From assembly GCF_000181795.1 (NCBI RefSeq), contig NW_003526943.1, positions 1,304,487 to 1,368,486 of the forward strand: a DNA stretch of 64,000 nt. Direction: 5' to 3'. Source of the DNA: Trichinella spiralis (lineage: Eukaryota). Below the pieces are notes generated by a model that saw only the letters and a program-made list of their open reading frames with translations, ran no database searches and had not been told where the DNA came from. The translations under genes and the position numbers were made by a program. Below, piece by piece: positions 61,525 through 64,000 of the stretch; the first letter of the stretch is position 1, and every line of letters starts with the position of its first letter.

Positions 61525-62350
61525 TTATTGGTTTAAGCGGTACGATGGTGGACAATTGGCACAGTAGACAGGAACTGCGCTATCGGAGCAGTAAACAGAG
61601 GTGAGACGGCCATTGGTTACTCCAGATACTTTTGATGGGAAGCCATTCGAGAATTGGATTGTGCATTTTGTAGGTTGCGATGGTTTAAACTCTGCTTCGA
61701 CTGCAATACAAGGAAAACCCTTATTTACAGGTGGAGGGCACTGCTTCAACATAAGATGTGGGAAAGTGGATGTACATCTAGGCTCCATTGCTCCGCAATG
61801 AGTGCTGGAACATATATTTTAGTGCCAATCGACTGCTTTACTAAATACGCTGAAGCCTTCCCAATCTCGAATCAAGAAACAGTAACAATAGTGGACAAAT
61901 TAGTTGATGCATTTATCTGCAGCTTTGGGATACCGGAAACTATTCATGCTAATCAGGGGTCACAATTTGAATCTGCCTTGTTCCACCAGGTGTGCCAAAG
62001 GAGTGAAATGCGCCAGCAAAATGAAAACGGCTACCTACCTCCCGTAGTCTGATGAGAAAGTTGTACTGCTAAACTGCAGTCTGTAGGAAATGCTGCAACG
62101 TTACATCAAGAAAATTCTGAGTTTGGACCGGCATCTTCAAAAATAATGTTCACGTATTGTACCAGCTTTGAAAGCTCAAATAAAGGAGATACTTTTATCT
62201 CTTCAGTTTAACATACCCTGCCAGTTACTTATGAACACCATCATCACAGCAAATGGCGGTTATTGCTTGCATGAACTTTCGTCTTGGCTTACGCGACCGT
62301 AAGGGAGCAATTAACAGGGGAATACGAAAATATATATTTCGGTTAGCGAA
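61525..62350 (+). mobile_element. Decayed Ty3/Gypsy LTR-retrotransposon fragment (gag-like start joined to integrase core)
   Basis: GTYILVPIDCFTKYAEAFPI...FICSFGIPETIHANQGSQFESALFHQVC is an rve integrase core (catalytic D replaced by N), followed by frameshifts and stops; upstream PDTFDGKPFENWIVHF is gag-like. Boundaries approximate. Confidence 0.8.
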
Positions 62351-62740
62351 CGTTCGGGGAATATTTTCAAGAAAGGAATATGGTATTACTGCTCTTAAGC
62401 TTAACGATCAAAAAAGGAGAGAACAGGAAATTCCACTATTTCTATTTAGCCGAAAATTATGTTGAAATACATGCACTGTTTAACTATATATAAATAATGT
62501 ACTATGTTATTTGTTTATAATTTAAGATATTGAATTATAATAATCAACGTAATACTTTATCTACAAGGAAAATGTAGTTTGATCAAAATTTTTTTTACCA
62601 AAATTAAGATTAATGAGAATGTTTTAAAATGTAGCAAGAAAGTGTGTCGTAAAAAATTCAAATATTACAAATGTACAAACAAATGGATAAGAAATTGTTA
62701 TTTTACTTATTTATTGCTTTTATTGACAAATTCTAAACGA

Positions 62741-62813
62741 GGGCCACTAGCTCAAATGGTAGAGCGCTCGCTTAGCATGCGAGAGGCACGGGGATCGATA
62801 CCCCGGTGGTCCA
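62741..62813 (+). tRNA. tRNA-Ala (anticodon AGC)
   Basis: Full cloverleaf: acceptor GGGCCAC/GTGGTCC with the G3:U70 Ala determinant, D stem GCTC/GAGC, anticodon stem CTCGC/GCGAG with loop TTAGCAT, T stem CGGGG/CCCCG, discriminator A, TTTT at 62819-62822. Confidence 0.97.
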
Positions 62814-64000
62814 ACCGCTTTTCAATTCTTTTTTCCATGTATAATTTAGCACATAACTGTTTTATTTAATAAAGATAAACTTAATCAACTAATTTTGTAG
62901 ACATTTTCAACTAAAAATCTGAATAATTTTAGAGAACGTTGAAATAAAATCAGAAATACTTAACTGATACGCCTTTGCATTGAATTTAATAAGGATACTG
63001 ACGTAACATGATAATTAAATTAATTATAAATGTGTATTTTTAAATTTGAAGTTAACTTTGTTTTGTTTTGCTTCATTATTCTTCAAATGTAATATATAAA
63101 TTTATCATTACGACATGCTCTCTAAGCAAGTGTATAATTAAAATTATATTACTATATATTATAATTATATTAAATATATTATATTACTGGAAAACAATAT
63201 TTAGGAGAACATTGGAAAGCTTGTAAAATGATGAAAAACATCTCATATTCATACAGTTGTCATGTTTTTTGTATTTTACAAGATTCATTAATTAAAATTT
63301 GTATATTTCTTATTTTGATGGCACTTTCAACGATGCAACAGCCACTGCTCAATTAGTTGACTGTTTCCATGTGAAGTAATATTTTTTTAAGAACGTGACA
63401 GACAATTCGGAAAAAACAAATGAGACTAATGAACGTGGTGCTGACTGAATTGGAGCATCACTTGCCTACAGATGTGAACAATTACCATTTTTTTTTATTT
63501 TCAATAAACAATTTTACTATTCTAGAGAACAAATTCAACATTGGTATACATTTTTTGCTAACATGCTTTCAACGTTTTACTTATGCTTCATAATTGAAAT
63601 ATTGTATAATTTCTTTTTTGAATATTTAACCTTAAAAACGAATTTTTTATGATTAATTTGCCGATTCATTTTATTCAATTTTGTTTAATTTAATATATAC
63701 ATGTAGATATAGATATGTATGTATGTACTAAAGGAATGACTAAACCTGTTTCAAAATTCAATCCTTGAAGTTCCGTAACTTATTCTTAGAAAGTAGTTCA
63801 ATGATACAGTTCTAAATGTTTCTCTGTTAGTTTCTAGAACATCCTTGTTCAGTATGTGAAACATCTTCGTCACAGTCATGCGTCTGATGTTGTTTATAGC
63901 ATTTTTTCTACAGGTCTACACATCTATTCAAGCATTTCCTATTGCAGATATTGCATCATTAATTGCGCTTGCAAAATTGAAAAGTAAAAATGTTATATTT

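Noticed and set aside
62579..62869. 96-aa ORF
   Set aside because: Spurious frame running across the tRNA-Ala gene.
63310..64000. Possible minus-strand exons at the right edge
   Set aside because: Short open stretches with no consistent frame or recognisable motif.

Overview
AT-rich eukaryotic genomic DNA with compact multi-exon genes and many 50-80 nt introns. The gene content (innexin, ShKT, TTBK-like CK1) and relaxed 3' splice sites suggest a nematode, plausibly clade I/Trichinella-like (inference). In order: 3' end of an unknown gene; TAF7 (-); a 29-exon EGF-repeat membrane protein built from a 4-exon super-repeat (+); an innexin pseudogene (-); two adjacent secreted Pro/Gly/Tyr-rich genes made of symmetric phase-1 micro-exons, the first with an ShKT domain (+); a divergent IR-like ionotropic glutamate receptor (-); MFSD10, GPAT3/4, ZDHHC16, DYNLRB and INPP5A (+); SLC25A39/40 (-); an intronless CK1/TTBK-like kinase, MAPK15 and STK39/OXSR1 (+); eIF2B-alpha (-); a decayed Ty3/Gypsy fragment; tRNA-Ala(AGC). 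Most striking: (i) a hidden duplicated exon in SLC25A39/40 that, with an internal acceptor, could give an isoform lacking the Cys-rich matrix loop; (ii) the micro-exon secreted-protein locus, with exon ends locked on Tyr and clustered RGGTCA nuclear-receptor sites; (iii) the EGF array with a recently homogenised block and GC donors whose retention would give soluble forms. All gene models were spliced by eye; no searches were run.
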